From: an uncultured delta proteobacterium
GTDB lineage: Bacteria; Myxococcota_A; UBA9160; UBA4427
DNA: 64,000 nucleotides
Reading direction: 5' to 3'
Assembly: GCA_963822965.1 (NCBI GenBank)
Contig: CAWGJT010000013.1
Coordinates: 64,001 to 128,000, forward strand
Shown here: positions 1 through 9,733 of the stretch, one piece after another
Position numbering within the stretch: position 1 is the stretch's first letter
Layout: each line of letters begins with the position of its first letter
Position numbers and translations under genes: made by a program
The notes under the pieces: model-generated
What the model saw: the letters and a program-made list of their open reading frames with translations, nothing else
Databases searched by the model: none
Told to the model about the DNA's origin: nothing

Positions 1-850
1 GTTCACGCTCTGGTACGGCGTCGGCGCCCTGGCCACCTTGCTCGCTCCGTTCGCAGTCGCGTGGGGGATCGCGCGGCGGCGGGCGCTGCCCGTGCTGGCG
101 TCCGTCGCCTGCATCGTGCACTTCGTGGTGATGGGTCTCACGCCCGCGGTGACGGCTCGCTACCTGACGCCCATGCTGCCCATGCTGCTGCTGCTCGAGG
201 CGGGTCTTCTCGCGGCCGCCGCCCGGCGTCTCGTACCCGGCCGCCCCGCCCTGGCCCTCGCCGTCGCCACGCTGGTGGTGGCCGCCCAGCCGCTGGCGGC
301 GATCGTCGGCCACAACCGCATCGCCAGCCGGACCGACACCCGGGTGCTGGCCACGCGCTGGATGGAGGCGCACCTGCCGCCGGGCTCGCGAATCGCCGTC
401 GCGGGCTCGGTGCTCATGCCCTACGGGCAGCCGGTGCCGCCGCCGGGCATGCGGGTGGTGACGAACCGGCTCGAGCCCGACGCGCTGGAAGCGGCGCGGG
501 TGGACGTGGTGGTCGTCCACGACCATCCGCTCTACTTCTCGACCGTGGACCCGGCGGCCCTGGCGGCGCTCTCGGGGCGGCTGCGCGTGCTGGCGGACTT
601 CGACCCGCGCGAAGGGGTCGGTGACGGGCCCGAGCCGGTATTCGAGGGGACCGATGCCTACTACATTCCGTTCCACGGCTTCGACCGCGTGACGCGCCCC
701 GGCCCGCACATCACCCTCTACGCCTTCCAGCCGAAGACGGGAGACGCCGCGCCCGAAACGGGCGCCGGTGGAGCACCGGCAGCCGGGACGGCCGCAGCGG
801 CAGACCCCACAGCGACGGTCGCGACGGAAGAGAAGAGAGGAAGCGAATGA
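1..850 (+). CDS. 3' part of a GT-C/ArnT-like membrane glycosyltransferase (5'-truncated by window edge)
   Basis: TM helices with RYLxP motif (ARYLTPMLP), then a periplasmic domain (DTRVLATRWM); stop overlaps the next ATG (ATGA at 847-850). Confidence 0.55.
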   Translation, partial: FTLWYGVGALATLLAPFAVAWGIARRRALPVLASVACIVHFVVMGLTPAVTARYLTPMLPMLLLLEAGLLAAAARRLVPGRPALALAVATLVVAAQPLAAIVGHNRIASRTDTRVLATRWMEAHLPPGSRIAVAGSVLMPYGQPVPPPGMRVVTNRLEPDALEAARVDVVVVHDHPLYFSTVDPAALAALSGRLRVLADFDPREGVGDGPEPVFEGTDAYYIPFHGFDRVTRPGPHITLYAFQPKTGDAAPETGAGGAPAAGTAAAADPTATVATEEKRGSE

Positions 851-1896
851 AGAGCCTCGTCACGGGCAGCTCGGGGCTGCTCGGGAAATGCCTCGTGCAA
901 CGCCTGGAGCAGCGCGGAGACGCGCTGCAGCTGCTCGATCTCGAGCCGCCGCCGCCTTCCTGCGCGCATCCCTTTCACTGCGCCGACGTCTCCGACGAGG
1001 CCGTGCTGCGCGAGGCCGCCCGGGGCACCGAGGTGATCTACCACCTCGCAGCCGCCCAGCGCATGAAGCCGCAGTTCGCGACCTGGAGCGAGGAGGAGGT
1101 CTTCGAGCGCAACCTCGACGCCGTCCGCAAGGTGCTGGCCGTGGCCGCGGCGGAGAAGGTCCGCAAGGTGGTCTTCATCTCGAGCTCCGGCGTCTACGGC
1201 TATCCGGAACGGCTGCCCTGCCGCGAAGACCACCCGACCAAGCCCCTCGGCGAGTACGGGCGATCGAAGCTGCTGGCCGAGGCGCTGTGCCTCGAGGCGA
1301 TGGACCGCCAGGGCCTCGACGTGACCATGTTCCGTCCCATGAGCCTCTTCGGTCCCGACATGTCCGGCATCTTCGCGATGCTCTTCGAGTGGGTGCGAAC
1401 CGGCGCGCCGGTCTTCATGCTGGGCTCGGGGCGCAACCGCGTACAGGCCGTGAGCGCCTGGGACGTGGCGGACGCGTGCCTGCTGGCGGCGGCCGCTTCG
1501 CGACGCGGCCGCCCGATCCTCAACCTCGGCGCGGATCCCGACGGCGTCCCCACCGTGGAGGAGATGGTGCGCGCGCTGATCGCCCACGCGGGGACGCGCT
1601 CGCCCCTGGTGAAGATTCCCGCCGGTCTGCTGCGGACGGGAGCCCGGGCCCTCTACGCGATCGGGCTCTCCCCCATCGTCCCGGAGCACTACATCCTGGC
1701 CGACAGCAACTTCATCCTCGACATCTCCGCCGCGCGCGAGGACCTCGGCTGGGAGCCACGCTACGGCAACATCGAGATGATGTGCGACGCGTACGACAGC
1801 TACGTGGCCGCGGGCGAGGCCGCTCGCGGCACCCCGCACCCGCTGCTGCGCCTGCTCGATGCCGTGGTCCCGCACCGGGGCCGCCCCGCGTCCTGA
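847..1896 (+). CDS. NAD-dependent epimerase/dehydratase (extended SDR)
   Basis: N-terminal TGSSGLLG Rossmann motif, ISSS, catalytic YGRSK (YxxxK). Confidence 0.9.
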   Translation: MKSLVTGSSGLLGKCLVQRLEQRGDALQLLDLEPPPPSCAHPFHCADVSDEAVLREAARGTEVIYHLAAAQRMKPQFATWSEEEVFERNLDAVRKVLAVAAAEKVRKVVFISSSGVYGYPERLPCREDHPTKPLGEYGRSKLLAEALCLEAMDRQGLDVTMFRPMSLFGPDMSGIFAMLFEWVRTGAPVFMLGSGRNRVQAVSAWDVADACLLAAAASRRGRPILNLGADPDGVPTVEEMVRALIAHAGTRSPLVKIPAGLLRTGARALYAIGLSPIVPEHYILADSNFILDISAAREDLGWEPRYGNIEMMCDAYDSYVAAGEAARGTPHPLLRLLDAVVPHRGRPAS

Positions 1897-2035
1897 TCCG
1901 GGGTTCTGCAGCACCCTGCTAGCGTCCCGATTCCACGGCGGCCACGGGGCCCCACCGGAGCCTCTGCTTGGCGACCATCGTGATTCTCTACGCGCGCGCG
2001 CAGGTGTTTGCCCGGCTCGCGGTGGCGGGCGCCTG

Positions 2036-3349
2036 ATGGCATTCGGTCCGCCGCCGAGGCCGGCACCGCCGTCGCCGGCGGGACCGCCGCCGCTCCGCCG
2101 CGGCGGCAGGTTCCGGGGAGCGGTCGTCGCTCTCGAGAACCGCGAGTTCCGCTGGCTCTTCGCGAGCAACATGGCCTTCTTCCTGGCCATGGGCGGCCAG
2201 GGCATCGTGCGCGCCTGGATCGCCTTCGACCTGACCCACAGCGAGCTGGCCCTCGGTATCGTGAGCTTCACCGTGGCGGTTCCCATGCTGCTGGTGGCGC
2301 CGGTGGGGGGCGCCATCTCGGACCGCTTCGAGCGACGGAACCTCATCGCGCTGGCCCAGGGCGTCGTGCTGGTCTCGGAGCTCGTCGTGCTGACCCTGCT
2401 GTGGACCGACCGGCTGCAGTTCTGGCACCTCGCGACCGCGGCCGGATTCATGGGCTGCGCGTTTCCGTTCATGATGCCGGCCCGCCAGGCCCTGGTGGCG
2501 AACGTCGTGGGGCGGCGCGGCCTGCCGAACGCCATGGCGCTCGGGATGGCGGGCATGAACGTGACGCGCGTGGTGGGACCGGCGATGTCGGGCTTCCTGC
2601 TCGGGCCCCTGGGCGCCAAGGGCACCTACCTCTTCGGCGTCAGCCTCTACGCCATCGCCCTCGTCGCCACGCTCTTCGTGAAGCCCCATCCGCACGAGCA
2701 GAAGCCCACCACCTCGGTGCTCCGCAACATCGTCGAGGGAACGCGCTACGTCCGCAGCAATCGCCTGGTGCTGGTGCTGATCTTCTTCGGCCTGGTTCCC
2801 ATGTTCCTGGCGATGCCCTTCCAGACCCTGATGGTGGTGTTCGCCGAGAAGGTCTGGCACACGGGATCGACCGGGCTCGGCCTGCTCAGCGCGGCCTCCG
2901 GCATCGGCGGGGTGGCGGGCTCGTTCTACGTCGCCTGGCACGCCGACTCGCACCACCGGGTGCGCCGCATGATGGCGAGCATCGTGGGCTTCGGGAGCTT
3001 CCTGCTGCTCTTCTCCATCACGCCCTGGTTCTCCAGCGCGCTCGGCCTGGTCTTCGTCGCCAACGCCTGCGCGAGCACCTACGGCACCCTCAACAGCACC
3101 GCCATCCACATGCTGGTGCCCGACTCGGTGCGGGGCCGCATCTCGAGCTTCCTGATGATGTCGTTCTCGCTGCCCCTGCTGGGCACCCTACCCATGAGTG
3201 CCGTCGCCGAGGCCTGGGGCGCGCCCGTGGCGGTCGGCTGCGGGTCGGTGCTCGCGGTGGCGGTGGCCGTGCTCTTCTACGTCTCGAGCTCCGCGCTGCG
3301 GGGCATGGACCGCACGGTGCGGGCGGCCCTCGACGAGCTTCCCGAGTAG
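2036..3349 (+). CDS. MFS transporter
   Basis: About 12 hydrophobic helices, GGAISDRFERR MFS motif A, PARQALV, VRGRISS; start taken at ATG 2036. Confidence 0.88.
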   Translation: MAFGPPPRPAPPSPAGPPPLRRGGRFRGAVVALENREFRWLFASNMAFFLAMGGQGIVRAWIAFDLTHSELALGIVSFTVAVPMLLVAPVGGAISDRFERRNLIALAQGVVLVSELVVLTLLWTDRLQFWHLATAAGFMGCAFPFMMPARQALVANVVGRRGLPNAMALGMAGMNVTRVVGPAMSGFLLGPLGAKGTYLFGVSLYAIALVATLFVKPHPHEQKPTTSVLRNIVEGTRYVRSNRLVLVLIFFGLVPMFLAMPFQTLMVVFAEKVWHTGSTGLGLLSAASGIGGVAGSFYVAWHADSHHRVRRMMASIVGFGSFLLLFSITPWFSSALGLVFVANACASTYGTLNSTAIHMLVPDSVRGRISSFLMMSFSLPLLGTLPMSAVAEAWGAPVAVGCGSVLAVAVAVLFYVSSSALRGMDRTVRAALDELPE

Positions 3350-3456
3350 CGACGCCGCCACGCGATCCACGCCGGAGCCCGTCTGGTATCGTCGGCCACG
3401 CCATCGCCCGGCGGCTGCTCGCGCGCCGCCGCGCGAAAGACCCGGGAGAACGGATC

Positions 3457-3897
3457 ATGTCGATGTCTCGCAGTGCCCTGGGCGCTGCCCTCTTCGCGCT
3501 GATTCTCGCGAGCGCCGCGGACGCCCGTTCCGCACCCAGCGCCGAGGAGGGCCGGCAGCTCTACCAGCGCCACTGCGGCTCGTGCCACGGGGTGACGGGC
3601 GCAGGCGACGGGCCGGTCGCCGCCGTCCTGAAGGTGCCCCCCGCGAATCTCCAGCACCTGGGCGAACGCTACGGCCGGCCGCTGCCGGAATCGCTGCTGG
3701 CCTATATCGACGGACGCAAGCAGGTGGCCGCCCACGGCGACCGTGAGATGCCCGTCTGGGGTCGCTCCTTCATCTTCATCCTCGAGGACGAGTCGCTGCC
3801 CGAGGAGAGCGAGGTTCACGCGGTGCTCCAGTCCATCCTCCTGTACCTGGACTCGATCCAACCCGGCGGAGCGAACACCCCCCGCACCGCGCCCTGA
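3457..3897 (+). CDS. Periplasmic monoheme cytochrome c
   Basis: Signal peptide, CGSCH heme motif, distal Met in HGDREMPVWG. Confidence 0.88.
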   Translation: MSMSRSALGAALFALILASAADARSAPSAEEGRQLYQRHCGSCHGVTGAGDGPVAAVLKVPPANLQHLGERYGRPLPESLLAYIDGRKQVAAHGDREMPVWGRSFIFILEDESLPEESEVHAVLQSILLYLDSIQPGGANTPRTAP

Positions 3898-3921
3898 AGG
3901 CTCCCGCCGGCGGGCGGGGTC

Positions 3922-5445
3922 TCAGTCTTCGATGCGACTCGCGAGCACCCGGGCGAGCCGCGCCTCCTCGCGACGCAGGTGTACGGTCTTGCCGCCCGTC
4001 ACGTAGACGAGACCCTTTTTCGCGCCGCGGGGCTTCTTCACGTTGTGGATCGGCACCACGTGCACGTCCGCGCGGCTGGCGTTCTTCTGCTTCGAGAAGT
4101 GCACCGCCAGCTCGCAGGCGTCGAGCACCGATTCCTGGGGCGGGTCGGGTCGCCCCTCGGTCCGCAGGACGACGTGGCTCCCGGGCGCGCCGTCGAGGTG
4201 GAAGAAGAGATCCTTTCCCGTGGCGAGCCGGGTGCTCAGGTAGTCGTTGGCCTCGTCGCTCCGGCCCACCCAGATCTCGAGACCGTCGCGGCTCCGATAG
4301 CGGCGGGGAAGCAGAGGACGGGGGACGCCCCGCAGCCGCTGGGGCAGCAGGCTCTCCCGGGGCGGCGCCTCCGCCCGGGCCGCCGGCGCCGGCCGATCGA
4401 GCAGCTTCGCGATCTCGGGACGGGCCGCGATGGCGGCGAGCTCCGCCGCCGCCGCCGGATCGTCGGGACGCGCGGCCAACGCCTCGACGCGCTCGTCCAG
4501 GGCCACGACCTCGTCGTGCCAGGCGCGGGCGGCGTCGTGCTGCCCTCCCGCCTTCGTGAGCCGGCGCAGCAGCTTGTGGTAGCGCTTGAAGATCGCCTCG
4601 AGGTTGGCACGAGCGGACTTCGTCGCGTCGAGGGGGATCACCACGTCGGCGCCCGTCTCCCAGTCGCGCACCGTCACCTCGCCGGCACCCGGCGCCACCG
4701 AGGCGAGGGCGGACTTCAGCAGGTCGCCCCGGCGCTGCAGGGCGGCCACCTCGTCCGCCTCGGCCAGCTCGGCGTCCAGCCGCTCGAGCCTCCGCTTTGC
4801 GTTCTTGCGCTCCTTGCGGATCGCCTTCTGGAGACCGCGCACCAGGTCCGCCGCCCCCTGCTGCGACTCGCGGTCGCCGTAGTGGGCCTCGACGGCGGCC
4901 AGGAAGTCCGCGTCCGGGACCTCCGCGAAGCGGTCCCGGCCGGCGTCCGCGAGACCGCCGCCCGGGCTGGCGAACGAGCCGCCCAGGGAGAGCTCGGGGC
5001 GCGTCTCCTTGAGGGACCGAAGGGTCGCGCGCAGGCGCCCTTCGGCGTCGAGCGCGTAGACGTTGCTGCGCCGCCCGAAGATCGAGAGCAGCAGCTCGAA
5101 GTCGCCGTCCCGGGCCTCGAAGCGCACCGCGAGCTGCCGGTCCCGGTCGCGAATGCCCGCCCGGACGAGCCGCGCGCGAGAGCCGTGGGCGCGCAGCCAG
5201 GCGGTGAGCGCGGGCGGCTGCTCGCTGGCCTTCGGCGTCGACGCGAGCTCGCTCACCCGCGCGACGCCCGGGGCGGCGCTGAACAGCAGGTGCCGCTTGC
5301 CGGCCTGGCCCGTCTCGGGGTTCCGGCGGTACAGGGTCACCACGAGCCGCTCGTCGTCGGGCTGCAGCCACCGCTCCACCCGGGCCCCCGCGAAGTCGCG
5401 GTCGAGGATGCGCGCGGCGCGCTCGAGCTCGCTGAGGCTCAACAT
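3922..5445 (-). CDS. rqcH: NFACT/FbpA family ribosome quality control protein (RqcH-like)
   Basis: Coiled-coil middle (IPLDATKSARANLEAIFKRYHKL) and C-terminal NFACT-R motif WVGRSDEANDYL...FFHLDGAPGSHVVLR. Confidence 0.85.
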   Translation of the reverse strand: MLSLSELERAARILDRDFAGARVERWLQPDDERLVVTLYRRNPETGQAGKRHLLFSAAPGVARVSELASTPKASEQPPALTAWLRAHGSRARLVRAGIRDRDRQLAVRFEARDGDFELLLSIFGRRSNVYALDAEGRLRATLRSLKETRPELSLGGSFASPGGGLADAGRDRFAEVPDADFLAAVEAHYGDRESQQGAADLVRGLQKAIRKERKNAKRRLERLDAELAEADEVAALQRRGDLLKSALASVAPGAGEVTVRDWETGADVVIPLDATKSARANLEAIFKRYHKLLRRLTKAGGQHDAARAWHDEVVALDERVEALAARPDDPAAAAELAAIAARPEIAKLLDRPAPAARAEAPPRESLLPQRLRGVPRPLLPRRYRSRDGLEIWVGRSDEANDYLSTRLATGKDLFFHLDGAPGSHVVLRTEGRPDPPQESVLDACELAVHFSKQKNASRADVHVVPIHNVKKPRGAKKGLVYVTGGKTVHLRREEARLARVLASRIED

Positions 5446-5513
5446 GGTGGAGCTTCCCCGATCTGCGTCCGCCTGCGCCCGACGACGCGGAGCGGCTCCG
5501 GCAACGCGGACGG

Positions 5514-6389
5514 CTACTTCTGGCACCGGGGACAGTAGTGGGTGCCCCGCTGCGCGACGACCTTGCGGCGGATCTCGGCGCCGCACTCGCGGCAGGGCTC
5601 GCCCGCGCGGCCGTACACCCGACGCTCGTCCTGGTAGGCGCCGTCGGCGCCGTCCGGAGCCACGTAGTCGCTGATCGAGGAGCCGCCCGTCTCGATGGAA
5701 CGCAGCAGCACCCGCCGCAGGCCCTCCGCGATGCGGTCGCACTCGAGGCGGGTGACCCGTCCCGCGGCGCGACCCGGACGCACGCCGGCCAGGAACAGGG
5801 CCTCGTCGGCGTAGATGTTGCCGCAGCCCGCGACGACCTTCTGGTCGAGCAGAAGCGCCTTGATGGGCGCCCGCCGCCTGCGGGTGGCCCGGAAGAGCAG
5901 CGCTCCGCTCACGTCGAGGGCGTCGCCGCCGAGGAGCGCCAGCCGCGGGTGCCCCTCGCCCGGTGCCAGCCAGATCACCTTGCCGAACTTCCGGACGTCG
6001 CGCATGTAGACCGAGGGCCCCGCGTCCGCGAAGTCGAAGCGCAGGTGGGTGTGGGCGTCGGGAAGGAAGCCCCGCTGCTCTTCGGGCGCCAGGCTCGCGC
6101 GGGCCGTCGCCGAGAGCAGGCGCGGGCTGGAGACGCCGCTCGAGAAGAGCTGTCCCGTCATCCCCAGGTGCACCAGCAGCCGGGCGCCGTCATCGAGGTT
6201 GGCGACGAGGTACTTGCCGTGCCGCTCGAGGCTCGAGACGGTGCGATCGCGCAGCGCGGCGCGCAGCTTCGCCACCTTCGTGACGAAGAAGTAGCTGTCG
6301 GCGGTCGTGTGCAGCGCCGCGATTCGGCGGCCCACGAGCACGGGCTCGATGCGACGGCGGGTGACCTCGACTTCGGGAAGCTCGGGCAT
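5514..6389 (-). CDS. mutM: Formamidopyrimidine-DNA glycosylase / AP lyase
   Basis: N-terminal MPELPEVE, RHGKYL, HLGMTG, GCGNIYADE, C-terminal Zn finger CREC...CPRCQ. Confidence 0.97.
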   Translation of the reverse strand: MPELPEVEVTRRRIEPVLVGRRIAALHTTADSYFFVTKVAKLRAALRDRTVSSLERHGKYLVANLDDGARLLVHLGMTGQLFSSGVSSPRLLSATARASLAPEEQRGFLPDAHTHLRFDFADAGPSVYMRDVRKFGKVIWLAPGEGHPRLALLGGDALDVSGALLFRATRRRRAPIKALLLDQKVVAGCGNIYADEALFLAGVRPGRAAGRVTRLECDRIAEGLRRVLLRSIETGGSSISDYVAPDGADGAYQDERRVYGRAGEPCRECGAEIRRKVVAQRGTHYCPRCQK

Positions 6390-6487
6390 GCGTCCGGGAG
6401 TCTACGACGGCCGCAGCGGGGCGCGCTCCCGGGCTTGCTGGTAAGCTCGGGAGCCCGACACCGACCCCGTCCCGGAGCGCCACCGCC

Positions 6488-9400
6488 ATGAGCCGCAGGG
6501 CTGCGAACAAGCCTTATCCCGACGTCGATCCCCAGCCCGACCTGCCGGCCCTCGAGCAGCGGATCCTGGACTCGTGGGAGCGGGACGGGACCTTCCAGAA
6601 GTCCATCGACCAGCGGCCCGCCGGCCCACGCGGCAGCAACGAGTTCGTCTTCTACGACGGACCGCCGTTCGCGAACGGGCTGCCCCACCACGGGCACCTG
6701 GTCACCGGCTACATCAAGGACATCATCCCCCGCTACCAGACCCTGCGCGGTCGCCGGGTGGAGCGCCGCTTCGGCTGGGACTGCCACGGCCTGCCCGTCG
6801 AGATGCTGGCCGAGAAGGAGCTCGGGGTGGCCGGCCACAAGGCCATCAGCGAGTACGGGATCGGGCGCTTCAACGAGTACTGCATGGCGTCGGTGTTCCG
6901 GTACACCGGCGAGTGGGAGCACTACGTCAAGCGCTCGGCGCGCTGGGTCGACTTCGAGAACGACTACAAGACCCTCGAGCTGCCCTACATGGAGAGCATC
7001 ATCTGGGCGGTGAAGCAGCTCCACGAGAAGGGGCTGCTCTACGAGGGCTACCGGGTGATGCCCTACTCGTGGGCGGCCCAGACGGTGCTCTCGAACTTCG
7101 AGACCCGCCTGGACGACGCCTATCGCGACCGCCAGGACCCGGCCGTCACGATCCGCTTCGCGCTGGTGCCCGAGCCGGGCGACGATCGCCCCACCGACCT
7201 GCTGGCCTGGACCACCACCCCCTGGACCCTGCCCTCGAACCTCGCCCTGGCCGTCGGGCCCGAGCTCGACTACGCGCTCTTCGAGCAGGACGGGCGCCGG
7301 GTGATCCTCGGCGAGGGAACCGTCGCGAAGTACGAGAAGGAGCTGGCCGGTGCCGCCCGGGTGGGCTCCGTGAAGGGCCGCGAGCTCGTCGGCCGTCGCT
7401 ACACGCCGCTGTTTCCCTTCTTCGCGAATACCGAGAACGCCTTCCGGGTACTCGCCGCCGGGTTCGTCGACACCGAGGAAGGAACGGGCGTCGTCCACAT
7501 GGCGCCGGGCTTCGGCGAGGACGACATGGAGGTGTGCAACGCGAACGACATCCCCACCGTCGTGCCCGTGGACGACGCGGGCTGCTTCACCGCCGAGGTA
7601 CCGCCCTGGCAGGGCGTCCAGGTGTTCGAGGCCAACAAGCCCATCATCCGCGACCTGCGCGACCGGGGCCTGCTCGTGCGTCACGAGACCTACACCCACA
7701 GCTATCCCCACTGCTGGCGCACCAACCAGCCGCTCATCTACAAGGCGATGAACTCCTGGTACGTCAAGGTGACGGCCATCCGCGACCGCGCCGTGGAGCT
7801 CAACCAGCAGATCAACTGGATTCCCGAGAACGTGAGGGACGGGCGCTTCGGGAAGTGGCTCGAGAACGCCATCGACTGGTCGATCTCGCGCAACCGCTTC
7901 TGGGGCACGCCGATCCCCGTGTGGAAGAGCGACGACCCGCGCTACCCGCGCGTCGACGTCTACGGCAGCCTCGACGAGATCGAGCGCGACTTCGGCCGCC
8001 GCCCGGTGAACCTGCACCGGCCGGACATCGACGAGTTCGTCCGGCCCAACCCGGACGACCCGACCGGCAAGAGCATGATGCGGCGCGTGCCGGAGGTGCT
8101 CGACTGCTGGTTCGAGTCGGGCTCCATGCCGTTCGCGCAGGTCCACTATCCCTTCGAGAACAAGGAGTGGTTCGAGAACCACTTCCCGGCGGACTTCGTC
8201 GTCGAGTACCTCGCCCAGACCCGCGGCTGGTTCTACACGATGCACGTCCTCGCCACCGCCCTCTTCGACCGTCCGGCCTTCGAGAACTCCATCTGTCATG
8301 GCGTGATCCTCGCCGAGGGCGGCCGCAAGCTCAGCAAGAGCCTGCGCAACTACGCCGATCCCGAGGACATCTTCCGGGAGGTGGGCTCCGACGCCCTGCG
8401 CTGGTTCCTGGTGTCCTCGCCGGTGGTGCGCGGCGGCGAGCTGACGCTCACCGCGGACGACCGGCAGGTGCGCGAGGCGGTGCGCGTCGTCATCCACCCG
8501 ATCTGGAACGCCTACTACTTCTTCTGCCTGTACGCGAACACCGACGGCATCCGGGCGAAGCTGCGGGCCGACAGCCCGCAGCTGCTCGACCGCTACATCC
8601 TCGCGAAGACGAGCGAGCTGGTGACGGGCCTCGCCGAGTCCCTCGACGCCTACGACCTGTCGGGCGCCTGCCAGCGCTTCGTCGCGCACCTCGACGCCCT
8701 CAACAACTGGTACATCCGCCGCAGCCGCGACCGCTTCTGGCGAGCCGCGCAGCCCGGCGACGCGGACAAGCAGGACGCCTACGACACCCTCTACACGGTG
8801 CTGGTGATGCTGTGCCGCGCGGTGAGCCCGCTCTTGCCGCTGGTCACCGAGGAGATCCATCGGGGCCTGACCGGAGAGGAGAGCGTGCACCTCTGCGACT
8901 GGCCCACGGAGCTCGACGGCGCCGCCGATCCCCGACTCGTCGCCGAGATGGACCGGGTGCGCGACGTCTGCTCGGCGGCCCTGGCCCTGCGCGCCAGCCA
9001 GAACGCGCGGGTGCGACAGCCCCTCGCCTCCCTCACGGTGGCCGGTGCCGGGACCGAAGCCCTCCGTCCCTACGCGGAGCTCATCACCGACGAGGTGAAC
9101 GTGAAGGCGCTGCACCTGACGGGCGAGATCGACGCGTACGCGAGCTTCCGCCTGCAGGTGAACGCGCGCACCGTCGGCCCGCGCCTGGGACCCGACATGA
9201 AGAAGGTGCTCGCGGCCGCCAAGGCCGGCTCCTGGAAGGTGCGGGGAGGCGGCGTCGTGGAGGTGGCGGGCTTCGAGCTGGCCGAGGGCGAGTACACGCT
9301 GCTCCTGCAGCCGAAGGAGGGCGTCGCCTGCGAGCCCCTGCCCACGAGCGACGCCATCGTCGTGCTCGACCTCGAGCTCACCCCGGATCTCGTCGCCGAG

Positions 9401-9670
9401 GGCCGGGCCCGGGACGTGGTGCGGGCGGTGCAGCAGGCCCGCAAGGACGCCGACCTCCACGTCTCCGACCGCATCCACCTGGCCCTGGACGTACCCGACG
9501 AGTGGCGGGCGGCGGTGGAGCAGTTCCGGGACACGGTGTGCGACCAGACCCTGGCCACCCGGCTCGACTTCTCCCACGACCTGGGAGCGCCCCTGTCCGT
9601 CCAGGAAGCCGTCCTCGGCGGGGAGAAGGTGCGGATCGGGGTGGCCCGCGAGGCGCCCCCCAGCCCCTGA
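6488..9670 (+). CDS. ileS: Isoleucine--tRNA ligase, type 2 (IleRS2)
   Basis: DGPPFANGLPHHGH (HIGH), GWDCHGLPVE, WTTTPWTLPSN, KLSKS (KMSKS); C-terminal EGRARDVVRAVQQARK...SDRI typical of IleRS2, no C-terminal Zn finger. Confidence 0.96.
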   Translation: MSRRAANKPYPDVDPQPDLPALEQRILDSWERDGTFQKSIDQRPAGPRGSNEFVFYDGPPFANGLPHHGHLVTGYIKDIIPRYQTLRGRRVERRFGWDCHGLPVEMLAEKELGVAGHKAISEYGIGRFNEYCMASVFRYTGEWEHYVKRSARWVDFENDYKTLELPYMESIIWAVKQLHEKGLLYEGYRVMPYSWAAQTVLSNFETRLDDAYRDRQDPAVTIRFALVPEPGDDRPTDLLAWTTTPWTLPSNLALAVGPELDYALFEQDGRRVILGEGTVAKYEKELAGAARVGSVKGRELVGRRYTPLFPFFANTENAFRVLAAGFVDTEEGTGVVHMAPGFGEDDMEVCNANDIPTVVPVDDAGCFTAEVPPWQGVQVFEANKPIIRDLRDRGLLVRHETYTHSYPHCWRTNQPLIYKAMNSWYVKVTAIRDRAVELNQQINWIPENVRDGRFGKWLENAIDWSISRNRFWGTPIPVWKSDDPRYPRVDVYGSLDEIERDFGRRPVNLHRPDIDEFVRPNPDDPTGKSMMRRVPEVLDCWFESGSMPFAQVHYPFENKEWFENHFPADFVVEYLAQTRGWFYTMHVLATALFDRPAFENSICHGVILAEGGRKLSKSLRNYADPEDIFREVGSDALRWFLVSSPVVRGGELTLTADDRQVREAVRVVIHPIWNAYYFFCLYANTDGIRAKLRADSPQLLDRYILAKTSELVTGLAESLDAYDLSGACQRFVAHLDALNNWYIRRSRDRFWRAAQPGDADKQDAYDTLYTVLVMLCRAVSPLLPLVTEEIHRGLTGEESVHLCDWPTELDGAADPRLVAEMDRVRDVCSAALALRASQNARVRQPLASLTVAGAGTEALRPYAELITDEVNVKALHLTGEIDAYASFRLQVNARTVGPRLGPDMKKVLAAAKAGSWKVRGGGVVEVAGFELAEGEYTLLLQPKEGVACEPLPTSDAIVVLDLELTPDLVAEGRARDVVRAVQQARKDADLHVSDRIHLALDVPDEWRAAVEQFRDTVCDQTLATRLDFSHDLGAPLSVQEAVLGGEKVRIGVAREAPPSP

Positions 9671-9733
9671 CGCGAATCCGCTTGACGGAGTCCGAGGCGC
9701 TCTGCGTAGAATCGCCGCGAAAGCCCAGGACGG

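Noticed and set aside
6390..6487. T-box leader upstream of ileS
   Set aside because: Intergenic region is under 100 nt, shared with divergent mutM, and has no T-box motif
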